Shown here: positions 1-14,400 of the stretch, one piece after another
How the letters are laid out: every line of letters begins with the position of its first letter
Numbering within the stretch: the first letter of the stretch is position 1
Origin: Felis catus
Taxonomy: Eukaryota
Reading direction: 5' to 3'
NCBI RefSeq assembly: GCF_018350175.1
Contig: NC_058368.1
Span: forward strand, 128,652,001-128,716,000
DNA length: 64,000 nt
The notes under the pieces: model-generated
Seen by the model: only the letters and a program-made list of their open reading frames with translations
The model's database searches: none
What the model was told of the DNA's origin: nothing
Translations under genes and position numbers: made by a program

Positions 1-710
1 TAGATATCCTTTTATTTTGTTTTGTTGTATTCTGTGGTGTTTGGTTTTGTTTTTTGCCTTTTACAAATCAAAAAATCTAATAGTCTTTACAGTTCCAGAT
101 TGAAAGAATTTTTTTAATTTTTTGGGTGGTATTTGCATAATTGTTTTGATAGGAAAAATTAAAAATGTTAGAAGACAACATGATAGAAGAAAATATTTAA
201 ATTGTTATAAATGATTACTGGAGTATAATAAAATCTTTACTGTGTTGAGGATCCAATGCTTAACTGAGTGTGTAATGTGTCAGCCTTGACAGTGTGCTAA
301 TCATGTGTCCAACAAAAAAGATGAACAAAGGGATTAAAAGAGCTTTAGTCTCTAGTGATCCTTTTCAATGAGGACTGAATAGATTGAATGTTCATTTGCC
401 ACATATGGTTTCATTAATAGCACTTCAGCTTTTCTCTGCCCCATTTGAGGCTTTACACTTAGGGAAGTGAATCCAGCCTCCCATCAGACTTGCCAGTTTC
501 CATATGTACTCTTCTAAGGTTATTTTTCAACACTTTCTAAACCATGTTAAGAAATGCTTTATTCATAAAGAAGCTTATTGCATGATTAAAGTCAATAAAT
601 GTTATCCTGATGTTGTGTTTGATAAGAAAACATGCAGATATTAAAATAAGAATCTTAAGTATCTATCTCAGATGACAGTGAAATGCAGTTAGTCATGTAC
701 TTAAAAGGGG

Positions 711-803
711 GGAGATGCCTGGCTGGCTTAGTCCGTAGAGCATGTGACTCTTGATCTCAGGTCATGAGTTCAAGCCCCATATGGGGTGTAGAGCCTACTT
801 AAA
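711..803 (+). mobile_element. Short CanSINE (tRNA-derived head only)
   Basis: GATGCCTGGCTGGCTTAGTCCGTAGAGCATGTGACTCTTGATCTCAGGTCATGAGTTCAAGCCCC, with A and B boxes. Confidence 0.85.
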
Positions 804-3746
804 GAATGCGGTTAGAGGTAGACTTAACCTGAAATGAAAACACACTGCTTCCTTCAGGTTAGCCCTGTTGGCTCTCTTTCTACCCTCACTTAAGAAGACC
901 TGTGGATTAGAAATTTTCACCTGGCTCCTTGGTGATAGTTCATCAGCCTCCTCTGTTAGACCCATAGCCAGTGACCACTGGAGATGAAACACTTGAATGC
1001 ATAAAATGTTTTGTGAAATCTTTTGTGTTAGGTGACCTATTATATTAAGTCTCCTACTAATAAAGGAATGATTACAGAATGACAATGAGAGATGCTGATA
1101 ACGGAGAGTGGATAATAGCCTGCCTGGAAACCACAGAGCAGCTTATGTTTAAATAAGAAAGAGAGCATCAGAGTGAGTCAGAGGAACAAAATATGATTTC
1201 TGGTCCACTTCTTTCTCTTATTTTGCTGTGAATCATTACCATATTATACCATGGCCTTTTTCTAGCAACAGACTCTCTTTGGGCATCCAGCCACCACATG
1301 ATACTATTCCTGAAGGTTCTATTCTTATTCTCCTTCCTTGGCAGAAACACCCCAGGGAGGGAGCCAACTCGAGTTCCCCTTTCCCAATTACCTTCTAACT
1401 ATTTCTCCTATCCCACATTCCCAGCTATTCCCCTCAAGGCTTTTCTCTGTCTAATAAGTCCAGATGGGCCCAACCTCCTTATACTTTTACTTTTAGGTTA
1501 TATTTGTCTTTCTATATCTTTAATGAGCTCTGTTTCACATTTGCCTATGTTTAAAAATGATAGGGAAAATGTAAAGAATGACTTCCCTATGCAACTTTAT
1601 TTCTGAAGGGAATACCATTTTGAAGACCGTGCACCAGTACAGACTCATAATTCGTTGTGCCCATATGTACTCTCCATTAATATTTTGTAGGGTTGCACTG
1701 AACATAGATTTCTCACCTGTGCTGTTTGAGTAGTCTTATGAGACATAATTCCGTTGGTCTTCAAGATAATGAATCCTTATTAAATATAGTTTGATTGGAA
1801 CTCATGTCTGATAAAATATTATATCACTTTAGATATTTACTAAAATCTCATTACATTGTGATAAATGACTTAATAAATAAAAAGTCAGAATTTTTATTAT
1901 GTAAGTATAAAATCTTTTTATTTAAGAGATATTTTCCCCTTTTTTCCCTAATTTATCTTTTAGGTACTGACCTCAAGATTTATTCTGCTGACATCCTCAA
2001 GCATCATTTTCCTAATCACATCTTAAATAGTCACCAGTCACCAGGAGTATTGCTGGCCCAGTGCGAACTGAGATTGTAGCTTAAAAACAAAACAAAATAC
2101 AAACCCTGCTTGTTTACTAACTCTGTGACTGGTATCTTCCTGTTTTCTCTGCAGCTGGACTAAGGATTTGGTGACTTGGGAAAGAGTTGAAAGGGTTAGT
2201 AGGAAGACTGAGGTACAAGTATAGGATGTTGTAAACCTCTGCATGGATCAGCTCTTAGCAATGAGCAGGAGCTGGCTAGGAAAGCAGTGACAAAGTACCA
2301 ACCAGGACAGTATTATCAGCAAGTGGTATTGGAACTTATTTTTGAAAAAAAGAAGTTCATGTCAGCCCCATTTCCTTAGTTCACAACCCTTAAGATCAAT
2401 TATTAACTCTAAGTTATCAAATAGATTTCCTTTTAGTTACCTCTTGTGTGAGTCCTCTCCAATCATAGAATAAGATGAGGAATGTATTTTAGTTTAATAT
2501 ATCACTCACTTCTCTGTCAGCTCAAGCAAAGAGGGTATTCAACCCTAACACCTTTAGAGTCTTAAGTAGTCATCTTTTTTATTCATTCTGATTTAAGATT
2601 ACAGAAATCTTGAAAATGTGACTTTATAATTCAGAATCTACCACATTTAAATCAATGTATAAGTTCAAGGGCATTGGAATCAGTATAATTTATGGTTCTT
2701 TTTTCATCTCAGCATGAATAACTTCAAATTCAGTGAAGTGTTGTTTGGCTTTTCTTACCCAAATGGTATACTTATCTGATTCACTTCAATAGTTGCCTAT
2801 TTTCCCTTTCAGAAATGTCTGTTCTCTCACCAGGAGACTAAAACATTGTGCAGATGTACAGTTGGATACAATGATGCCAATATAATATATGCACTGTTCA
2901 ATAATTTATTTTGTATCTGGAGTGATGCATCTGTTTCTTTCTTGTGGGAGGGGGTTTGAGCTTCATTTCAATGTCATTCTAGGTACTGGTCCAATTCTTC
3001 CATCCAGTTAACCAAAAATGAAAATTTCCATCTGTTCAATTGCCATTCAGAGGAATGTTTTATCTCTGAAGCACATTATGACAACTAAAATTGACAGCAT
3101 AATCTGTCTGATTTTTTCTCTTTTATTTCCTCTTCATATTCTCTTGAGCTTTAACAAGAGAGTATTCTTTTTTATAGCTGCCTAAGATTATAGGACTTAC
3201 TCTTTCTTCTCTCTAGTAACTGTAGACCAATAGAGCATGAATGGCTGTCCACTATTCACTGCTTTATTGTGTATTTTTTTCTGTCCATTAGTGACCCTAC
3301 AGGAAACATACTTGTTAGTATGCTATTAACAGAACAATGCAAACATAGCATTCTCTTTCTATCAGAGTAAATGTCTGCCAGTACTATTTGGCATTCCATT
3401 GAACACAGACTCTTTCCAGTTGACGTTTGGAAGGTACAGTTACAGGCTGATTTTTATTGATCATTCTGTACTTTAGGAAATTGGCTAAGGGAGCCTTTGG
3501 AATATACTGTCTCTAAACTTTTTAACTCTTTATCTAAAGAACTGAGAATATTGCCTTAAATAGGTTTTGTTGCTGAAATGGCAGAAAGATTTCTTTATTC
3601 ATACTCTAAATTAGCAAGAAAATATAGCACTTTCTGTTTTTGTATCAAGTGGAGTTTTTAGGTGCAATAAATCAAATAAGGTCATATTCCTTAAATGAAA
3701 GGTTATATCCTTGGAGCAGCACGATCAGATTAAAATGACTAATTTT

Positions 3747-3964
3747 TTTTTTAATTTTTTTTTAACGTTTATTTATTTTTGAGACAGAGAGAGACAGAGC
3801 ATGAACGGGGGAGGGTCAGAGAGAGGGAGACCCAGAATCTGAAACAGGCTCCAGGCTCTGAGCTGTCAGCACAGAGCCCGACAAGGGGCTCGAACTCACG
3901 GACCGCGAGATCATGACGTGAGCCAAAGTTGGCCGCTTAACCGACTGAGCCACCCAGGCACCCC
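3747..3964 (-). mobile_element. Felid CanSINE, full length
   Basis: Antisense SINEC; TSD TAAAATGACTAATTTT at 3731-3746 and 3965-3980. Confidence 0.96.
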
Positions 3965-5569
3965 TAAAATGACTAATTTTCATAACAGTATAAAAAAGGT
4001 GTAGCTATACACTAAAACTTTAGCTATACTGAACCTGGAAAACATATTATTGTAGATTACTGGGTTTCTTTGAAATGTTTACACTTTTAACAAACATCTT
4101 TGATACCCTGTACCCTTTCTTGTTTTCTTGAAGAGATTGTCTGATGTTACATTACAGTAATGCCCACCATTATTCTGTCCTGTGTAATATTTGTGCCTTT
4201 GTGGCCCTTTTGAGGTATACTGGGCTGTTTGCATTTATGCTATTTTTCCTACATGGCTGTGTTCACTAAGTTTTTGTGTCATTATTTTTATTTTTTGTCT
4301 TTTCCCATGGTGGTTTACTGATCTATTTTTTAACCTTCCTATGTCTCATGTACCTTCTTATAGCAAACATGAATTCCTGTGGATCCAATCAGTAAGTTAG
4401 AGTACTGTATTCCAGTGATACTGTATGCTACCCAGTATAAGGAATAATACTTTAAAACCAAAATTGGTGTTTTCTTATGGTATGAAGTCTTTTATATGAT
4501 GGATGGCCAGCTGTAGACCACTCAATATATGAAGTATTTCAAAATCTCTGATTGTGAAATCCATTGGAATATCACATAAGGGAGTAAAAGAGCTCTCTTG
4601 AGAGTGTTAAACATCAGAACTGAAGAATTCCAGATCTTAGATGTTTTTTAGTTGTATTAATGAGAAAATCCACACATTTGTGTACTTTATGGGAGGCTGA
4701 GTAAATTTAAATATAGTATTTGGGATCTCTTCATCTTAGAAATTCTGTTAAACTGGTATTGGTGTCTCTGCTTTATCAGGAGTGCTTTAATTTGTCATAA
4801 TCTACCTTTACAGACAGTTTTCTTGGGGGAAATATAACTAGCATCTTAAACTTCTCTCCTTAATCACCTAAAAAATAAAATAAAGGAAAGGAAGGGAGAA
4901 AAAGAAAGGAAAAAAAGAAAGGAAGAAAAGAAGGGGGTAAAATTTGGAGTCAGTTTCCTGCCTTAACTCAGTCTTATGGGAAAAATGAGTCATATAATAA
5001 GGGTAGGAAGAAATTGCTCTGAGAATTCAGGAGTTGTATGAACCATTTCTTTCAGTGCTGGGGAAGACTGAAAAACAAAAACAAGGTCTGGTTCTTGAAA
5101 GCAAAGTAGGAATTTTTTAAATGGAAAAAGGAGAGTGGGATTGTGGAAGTCTTCTAGGAAAATGGAATGGCATGAATTGGTTCTGAACCTACAGATACAT
5201 ACTGTTTTTGTTTGTTATTCTTGTACATAAGAACTTTGAGTATGAAATCTAACATGTTATTGTATTCAGTGAGTATGTATTGATAACGTATTTTACATGT
5301 AGCAGTGAATATGCAGGATACAAAAGTAAGTTGGATTTAACTCTGTCCTCATAAGCTGTATGACATAGTTGACAAATTCTAAGGATGGGTAGCCAATCAG
5401 ACTTGGATTTCTCTACAAGCTCAACCACTAAGTGCCTGTTTGGTTGACTCACAAATATTTATGGTCATCACCATGTACTAGGTATTGTTCTAAGTGCTGG
5501 GATATTGTGATAAAAAAGATACAAAAGGTACATGTTCTCTCATGGCATTTGAATATTTCCCTTCACCTG

Positions 5570-6441
5570 TGATATAAATGACATACAATATTGTGTAAGT
5601 TTAATATGTACAACATGGTACATGTTGTACCCATATATATTGGTACCCATATATATTAGCAAATTATTACTACTGTAGAGTTAGTTAATGCTTCTGTCAC
5701 ATCGTATAATTACCTTTATGTTTTTGTATGTGGCGACAACGTTTAAGATCTATTGTCTTAGCAATTTTCAAGTAAATAATATAGTATTATACTGTAATAC
5801 TACAGTGTTGTTAACTGTAGTCACCTTGTGGTACATTAGACTCCCCGAACTTATTCATTTTGTAACTGGTAATTAGTACCCTTTCACCAACATTTCCCCC
5901 ATCCCCTACTCCCTGATAGCCACCATTCTGTTTCTGTGAGTTCAGCTTTTTTAGTTTCCACATATAAATGAGATCCCGCAGTATTTGTCCCTCTCTGTCT
6001 GACTTACATCACTTAGCATAACGTCCTCAATGTCCATCCATGTTGTTGCCAATGGCAGGATTTCCTTCTTTCTCATATACTCTATAGTATTCCATTGAAT
6101 ATATATACCACATCTTTTTTATCCCTTTATCTGTCAGTGGACAGTTAGGTTGTTTCTGTATCTTGGCTATTATAAATAATGCTTAAGTGAACACGGGACT
6201 ACAGATAGCTCTTTGCAATATTCATTCCATTTCCTTTGGGTATATACCCAGAAGTGGGATTGCCAGATCACATGGTAGTTCTATTTTTATTTTTTTGAAG
6301 AATCTCCATACCTGTTTCTACAATGGCTGCACCAGTTTGCATTTTAACCAACAGTGCTCAAGCCTTCCCTTTTCTCCACATCCTCTTCTAATCTTGTTAT
6401 CTCTTGTTGTTTCGATAATAGCTATTTTAACAGATTGAGGT
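5570..6441 (-). mobile_element. LINE-1 3' fragment (L1MA/L1_Carn-like)
   Basis: Antisense L1 motifs: ATCCATGTTGTTGCCAATGGCAGGATTTCCTTCTT; GGGTATATACCCAGAAGTGGGATTGC; CCCTTTTCTCCACATCCTC. Confidence 0.88.
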
Positions 6442-7658
6442 GTCATACATTTCTAATTTTAATAACAAGAGACAGAAAATAAACAAATATATAAATAATA
6501 TTCTGTCAGATAATGAGAGTGCTATGAACTGGGATATGTGATTTAAAAAAAAGATAGGGACAGGACCATGTGGATTTTGCTTTTGATTGAATGATCATGA
6601 AAGGCTCTAGAATGGGAATAGATTTCTGTTCTTATAACACAAAGAAGGCTTATAGCTGGACTCTAGTGAGCTAAGGGTAGAGTCATATGCAATGAAATCA
6701 GAGGTAGTATGAGGCCAAATCAAGTAGAACTCATTGATTATGGTAACTAGTTTGGTTTTTATTGTAAATACATTTGGAAGCTATTTTAAACAGGGAGATC
6801 TGATATGATTTGTCTTTTAGCTTTTTAATTTTTTAAAAATAGGCTTTTTGTTTTATAAAAATTGAAGTACAAAATGGAAGTAGAGAATGAGTTGTATACT
6901 ATTTGACATATTTGTTTAATCTAGATGAGTAAAAAAAAATTGGTACTGACTACTAATCTCAATGTTCATAGTGTCTTCCCCACTGGACTGAGTGCTCCTT
7001 GAAGATAGATGTTATACGCTATTCATCTTTGTATCCCCAGCACTTTAGCTTCCTAACTGGCACTTTTACAGGTGTGTAACGTTGTACCTATGGAATATCA
7101 CATACGGTCTAAGTAATCAAGTACCACCCATCATGGAGAGAGATACGCAAACAGCTATCTCAGACCAAAGACACATACATAAGAAGTTAAGGATTTTCTG
7201 AGATAAGATTTGTTACCCACAGCATTGAACCCAAAATAGTCCAGTCAAGCTCTTAGGTCAGCCTCATTCCAGACCCTGTAATAATACTCCCATATCACTA
7301 TAAAATGTCCTGTGCATCCAGAAGGACTTGTACATTTTATTCTTTTCATTAGAAGAGTGGATTTCACACATAATTGATCATTCCTGGGGAATGTCTAGGG
7401 AATGTACTGGAGTATAGGTGTTACCATCTGGTTAGTTAATACTATAATAAAATCATGAGCTTTTATGTACTTAAATTCAGTGATATTTTGGTTAAAGCAT
7501 TTGACTCATCAGAGCTTCCAAAAATACTAGAAACACTAAGTCTCTGGTTTTGAAACAATACAGTAGAAAGAAGTTGTCAATCATTTAGTTCCCAAGGAAT
7601 TGATGTTTGTATTTCTCATACCTAGTAACTGCTATTACTAGGAACAGTCTTTGTAAGA

Positions 7659-8451
7659 AAGATTAACAAGCATGTGTATACATATAGCAAAGGTACTTAT
7701 ATACATATTTTTAATAACACTAAAACACGCAGAATGCTTCATTTATGCCTTATTCCTCTTGATGTTCAAAACAACTTCTCAAGATCATAGGAAAATTGCT
7801 TAAATGCACTGAGCCCTTTTCATTACCTATAAAATGAGAATGATTCCACCTATCTGGAAATGTGAGCAGTAAGGATATATGTAAAGGGCTTAGTATGTAG
7901 TGAATAATCAATAAATGATAGTCAGTATGATTATTATCACTGTCATAATTATACTTCTCAAACATTTGAGGTCTTAGCTAGTAAATAACAGAATCAGCAT
8001 GTGAATGTAGGTCCTTCTCATTCCAAAGCTCATGTTCGCCTTTTTCCACTGTTGTCATTTTCATAGAGGCAGATCATATTAAGAGAATTGCAGTGAAAAT
8101 AGCATCGAAAGATAGGTTGCATTTGTAACATCCATCATGTTTTTATATGAACTGCTTTCCCTATTTGATCATTCTTTCCAATTTTATTATTTATTTCTCT
8201 AAGTGTGTCTTCTATCTGACCTTCTAGAAAACTAAGATTGACAAGCATGTGTTTACAGATAGCAAAGGTATTTATGTACATTTTTATTTAATAACACCTG
8301 AAACTTTATGGTCTTCAGAATACTTTGTTTAACCTTATTCCTCTTGGTGTTCAAAATAGCCTCTCAAGATCTTAAAAAAATTGCTAAATTCACTGAGCCT
8401 CAGTTTCATTACCTATAAAATGAGAATACTTCCACCTTTCTTGAAGCTGTG
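7659..8451 (+). repeat. Diverged ~200-bp direct repeat (7659-7864 and 8234-8451)
   Basis: Collinear shared blocks ACAAGCATGTGT, ATAGCAAAGGTA, CCTTATTCCTCTTG, TGTTCAAAA, TCTCAAGATC, CACTGAGCC, TTTCATTACCTATAAAATGAGAAT, TTCCACCT. Confidence 0.9.
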
Positions 8452-9143
8452 TCTTCATACATTATTATTTCTCGGTGTCATGTTCCCCCCCACCCTGGTT
8501 TTTATTGGTAATCCATGTCTATTATCATTATCATCATCATTTATAGTGATTCCTTATATTTTGTTAAAAGTCTCTAGCAGTATGTTCAGATTGTGGTATA
8601 TTTTTAGATGTTACAATATAGATGTTGCTGAAATCAATAAATTTGGGAAACAATTTATTCAATAGGGCTGTATAGGTTATCTAGCAAAATGCCTATCTTC
8701 TTGGAGCTTTTTATTTGCCATTGTGCACTAGGAATCTCCAAGAGGGAAGAGGGTTTGTAGTGAACATCATATATATGTAACATCCCCTAAGTTAATTTAA
8801 CCAAGGAATCCTTTTCCCCTGGTCCATAGAGTATGTCTCGAGATTAACTCTTTTTGAATAAACAGATCTACAGCAAACTCTGGACCCATTATATCATTAT
8901 TGGTTAGGGTGCTTTAAATTCCATTCCTAGGTCATACCCCAGTCCTAGTAAACCAAAATTTGAGGGAAGTGGCTTAAAACTTGTCATAGTTTTTCTTTTC
9001 CCATCCCATTAATAAACAGACTAATTGGAACTCTGTTTTTAACTATTGACTAGTCTTACTTTACATCTTCTTCAAGCTGTGGCATTCAATCCCATGACTT
9101 CAATACTCTATTGTTTTAAAACATATTGGATCCGTTTCTGTTC

Positions 9144-9352
9144 TTTTTTAAAATTTTTTAATGTTTGTTTATTTTTGAGATAGAGCATAAGTGGGGGAGG
9201 GGCAGTGAGAGAGGAAGACACAGAATCCAAAGCAGGCTCCAGGCTCTGCACTGTCAGCACAGAGCCCAATGTGGGGCTCAAACCCACAAACCGTGAGATC
9301 ATGACCTGAGCCAAAGTCGGACGCTTAACCAACTGAGCCACCCACGTGCCCC
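9144..9352 (-). mobile_element. Felid CanSINE
   Basis: GCAGGCTCCAGGCTCTGCACTGTCAGCACAGAGCCC...AACTGAGCCACCCACGTGCCCC. Confidence 0.95.
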
Positions 9353-10299
9353 TATTTCTCCTATTTTCTGATTCTGGATACTTAGAGATAATAAATTTTC
9401 GAACAGCCCCAATCAGATGCTTTATGGTACCTCAGCCTTCTCTTTTTAAAAGTGAAACTAATTATTCCCCTCTTAAAATAGTCCTTCAAAACAAATGATA
9501 AAACCCCCTCTGCTGCTTCTTTAGTGTTCTCTTTCTAAGTAAGTGATGCCCATCCCCAATCTAGATGTCCAAGTGAGAAACCTAAGAATCAGGCCTAACT
9601 CCTCTTCCTGACTCCCAGTATTCCTTCAGTAACCACTCCTGTCATTTATATTTTCTAAGTAGCTCTTGAATCCTTCCAGTTCTATCCTTAGTAGTTCTAC
9701 TCTAGTGTAGCCCTCTGTTAACTTCTCTCATGAACTGCAATTGCTTCTTGGTTTTTCTACCTGTAATCTTGTCATTCCTTAATCCAGCCTCCACACTACA
9801 GCCTTACTGATTATTTCCAAGTTTCAAATATGACTATATGCTTTTATCAGTGACTTCATACTACCCTTAGGATTAAATCCAAGCTGTTAAATTTAAGAGA
9901 TTTCAAAGGATCAGGGCCCTGATTCCCTGACAAGCATTATCTCATTCGACTCTTCCCCTTGCTCTCTAGTGTTCGTCCACTCGAGATTTTTCCATTCCTT
10001 CTCTGTGTATCATGCCAGGCCTTTATACATGTTTCTCCTGCCTCTAATGGTCTACCCCTTCTCCAACTGTCCTTTCTACCTCTAATCTTTGCATCTAGCT
10101 AACTACTCATTCTTTACTTTTTGTTTAAATACATCTTTCCCAAGGAGACCTTCCTTATTTTCTCGTTCAGGTAGAATCATATGCTGTATCTTTTTGTACT
10201 TCCTCCACCACCCTTCATTGTTACTACCTATCTTATTGTAGTGGTTGTTTTTCATTGTGGTTGATGCTGCTATTTACCTTCCATTATACATTAATCACT

Positions 10300-11270
10300 T
10301 CTTTCTTAGTAACAAAAACTCTCATTTTTAACTGGACACATTGCCACATACCAACTGACTACATTCTCTCTTTTCCTTGATAGCTAGGTTTGGCCATATG
10401 ATTAAGTCTTGGGAAATGAGATGGATGTTGAGTATGACTTGCATAAAGTATCATTACAGGGAAGATGCATGTTCTTTGCCCCTTCCCCTTTCTTTTTCTG
10501 CTGAATAGCCTATGAATGTGCTGACTGGCTCCTTGAGTTGGCATACTGGGTCATGGGATGGCACTGAGGACAACAGAACAGTTGCATAGAAGGGGCCTGG
10601 ATTCCTTATGACTGCACTTTATTACCATTATGAGCCCTGGCCTCCTGGCCTCCACGTTTACTTATGTGAGAGAAAAATGAGCTTCGATCTTGTTTAAGCT
10701 AGTGTTATTTACTTACTTCTGTATGTGTTTTTACTCTCTGATGTAGCTATTCCTCATGTGAACCTCTTGTGTTTGGATAATTTTGTACCTTATAAATCTT
10801 ACTGAGAGGCAGGGCCCTTTCACAGTAGAAGAGCTGTATACTGATTTCCCCAGTTTCCACTGTAGCTGGGATATAGATGTCTGATCAAGATTCAATCAAT
10901 GCAGAGTATTTGCCCCACTTGTGGCTTGAGTTAGTGATACAAACAAATGGAGGCAAGAGCGAATTCTTACCGGCAGTGGTCGTGATTGAAGCATGCAGCA
11001 GTAGATCTTTCAGGCTGGAGGGGCCATCTGTTGTTTAGTACCAGTGAGATAGGTAATGCCAATTGTTGCAGCTAATGCTTGCTGGTGGCAGCCCTGAGGT
11101 CTTCCCTGGACTATTTCTGTGGCATCACTTTCCATGATTTCCTCCCTCTTTACTGAGTTTCTGAGCCTGTTTCTTCAGCTTCCCAGCAATTCCATGAACT
11201 GTCTAAGATTTTCTTTCTGGTTTAAACAAAGGTTTCTGTTGCATGTGGTTAAAATCCTTGAGTGAAATAG
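10300..11270 (+). mobile_element. Ancient LTR fragments (MLT1/LTR16/LTR33-like), probably two adjacent elements
   Basis: GCTAGGTTTGGCCATATGATTAAGTC; TGAGAGAAAAATGAGCTTCGATCTTGTTTAAGC; GGTTTCTGTTGCATGTGGTTAAAATCCTTGA. Confidence 0.55.
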
Positions 11271-11398
11271 TCACGACTGGTCTTCCCTAGCAGACTGTAA
11301 ATTCTGTGAGGGCTGTCCTCATCAGTATGTCCTCACAGTGCCTACCATCTTAATTTAATCTTAATGGGCTCAGTGCCTGGCACATTAAATAGGTGCTT

Positions 11399-11400
<2 letters not shown>

Positions 11401-11446
<46 letters not shown>
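11401..11446. repeat. (TG)n microsatellite
   Basis: Perfect TG run. Confidence 0.98.
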
Positions 11447-11449
<3 letters not shown>

Positions 11450-14400
11450 TTATTTATTTATTTTTAGTAAATCTATGCCTCTGATCTTTACTTGCTTACC
11501 TACCCTAGTAATTTCATTGTAGCTCCATTAACCGACTAAAATCACTCCTGGTAAGATGACTACTAGTACTCTATTTTCCAAATCTACTGGATACTCTTCA
11601 GTCTAGCTTGATTAACTTCTTTTAAAACTTGTTCACAGTATTCCTTGCTGGTTCTCATTTTAACATTTTCACTACTTTTTCTTCATGTTTCTGAAGCTAT
11701 TCCTTGTTACCTGACAGCTCTTGTATCTTACTGTTCCCCCACAATTCTTTCTTGAGCTCACCTACTTCTGTGCATCAGTTCCTATACATGATGATGACCT
11801 CCTAACCTTATCTTCCACCCAGACCTCTCTCGTGAGCTTCAAACCACTATATTCATCTGGCTCTGTAGGATCTCTCCATCTGGATATCCCACAAACCTCT
11901 CAAATTCAACATGTCTTACATGTCTGAAATTAAACAAATTTTGTTGTGCCTCCCCAACAGACAGATAATATAGATAGGGCTATTATCTAAGTTGTTTGCT
12001 TACTCTGATTCTCAGCAAATGAGCTGAAATATGTATGTGTAAATTCATAGTTAAAATTTGTTCTGAGATATTTTTCTTACTTTAGTCGCATACTTTCTAT
12101 TTTTACATTAGTGTAATATTAAGACTTTTTATAATTTCCAAAATTCTGTTTAGTACCATGACTTTAATATTGAATATAGACACAAATAAGAATATATTTT
12201 AATATTGCGTGTTGAATGACTTAAATGATAGAATACATTTGCCATCTGTATTTGTCTATCTTGATAAATTATTTTAATTACATTTTAAACAATGTTACCA
12301 TTTTTATTTAATACAATTTTTAATCTTTTCAAAGTAGAAAGAGTATCTTAGTTTTCAGAAAAAAAATGTAACATAAAAAATACAAAGAAATGGTAGTCAT
12401 TGAAAAAATAGCCAAACTTAGTCATATTTATTTGTTACATAAAAATTTCATTTATAATCTTGCTTAATTCACTTTGACATTGTCAATTAAGTGTTGCGAA
12501 AATCATAACAGTAATTTGCTTTAACAAAATTTGCATTTTCCTTGAACTTTGAGTAACAATCATGTAAACAGCATGACAGGGCAGTTTTAGTTAGAAGCCT
12601 CTTTAGCAGTTTGGTTACCTTATAAGAAAAACGTCTTCTTCATGTGGGGAAATTATTAAGCTGCATAAACAAATAAAAATTGGTTGTTAATGTTGCAAAC
12701 ATTCCAACAGAGAAATTGAGAAAATTATTGAAATTTTCTAGGTAGGTTTTTATATTTAATCAACCCCAGAAAACAGCGGATGCATAAAAGTATGTTAGTG
12801 CAATTTTGTTCATTTGAAATCCTTAAGCTTAATTAGATTTTTTCAAACGCTTAATTTATGGAAGAACAGTAGGGTTTTGTTTTTTGTTTTTTTGGTTTTT
12901 TTTTGGATTTTCATTTTGTTTAATGTCTTTGTTCAGAGGTACATAAAAAGAAATTTTTCCCTTTATAATAATTTCTTTCAACTCTTAAAATAAGTTATAT
13001 TAAGGATTCCTTTTGTTGATATAGTGATATAATGCTATGTGCCTTTACTTGGATTATATTAAAGCTAATGGATTTATTCCTAACTAGTTATTCTTTTCTA
13101 TTAGACATCTGCTTGAATGTTTGAAGATTCTGACGAAGCCAGTTTTTAAATTCATTGCTGTGAATATCATGACAATCAATATGCTTGTGTAGTCATGTAT
13201 TCTATCGATGGTTGCTTATATATTACCTAGCCAAGATATCTTTGGTCTTGCTTGTTCCCAAGGTTATCTCTTCCTTTTGTAGAGTTAGAAATTTGTGAGG
13301 GTAAAATTAGCATTCACAGGGTAGTTTAGAGAAAACAAAGCTAGAAATTTGAAAATGTACTAAGAAGTTTCTGTGCTGTTTGTATAATTTATGTGTATGT
13401 CAGGTACAAAGCATCTTTATAGGTATTCTGTTTCATACACCTGACCTTGGGACACTTCCAAATGGAGATTGTTGAATTTGATTGTACTCTGTTTCTCAAT
13501 TTTTATTTTGGCATAATTGTCATTCTTAATTGAGGCTATTTTGGAAATGCCAAAGCTGATAAACTTCCTATTACTGTTAATTACCCACCTAACAGAGCTT
13601 AGGTTTTGTCTGTTTTAGCAAAATGTTAAATTCTAACCATCTACAAGGATAAGAGAACTTTTTTGGATGTGTTTAATATTTATTGAACACCCATGATATA
13701 CATATTAAATAAGAATGCAGATTCTTTGTCTTCAAGTTTCTTTTTCATTACTTATTGAGACCAAATTGAAGTAAAAGAACCATACCACAAACAACGCTGA
13801 TTTTTAGGACATTTTATGACTTTGTTCTAAACAGATATGCTTAGGTAAGAACTATTAACTCTCAAAGTATGTAATTACTAATGGTAGAATTTTTTAAAAA
13901 CTGAATGACTGAACCAATATATACTTACCTGATATTTAAAATTTTTAATTACTTTAAAATGTTACTAAATACAACACCCAATGTCTTGTATTTCTATATT
14001 TAACAGGAGAGTCATGGAAACAAATGATTGTTTAAATTTTTTTTTTTTTTTGCCTTCTTGAGTACTCAGAAATCTTTCCACATTACTTCACAGCAAATTC
14101 TACATGTCACACTAGCAATCAGTGCTGTAAATTTCCAAGCTTTATTTAAAGGATGATTTAAAATCTGAAGGGAAGTGGTTAAACAGTTACAGTAATTGTG
14201 GATTATATTTCAGTAATTAAATATATTACTAACATTTTTTTAAATGATTCATACAGAAGTAAAAACAATTGACCTTTGGGATTCAGTAAAGATCTCTTTT
14301 TACATAAAGGTAGAAAAAGATGAAATGCAGCAGGGGTAGACAGTGAGATGCTATGCAAGTTGGAGAAGCAAAAGACTGAAATTACATAACTATATTTTGG

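Noticed and set aside
2134..2200. Candidate + strand exon after TCTTCCTGTTTTCTCTGCAG
   Set aside because: Good acceptor but only weak donors and no recognisable peptide.
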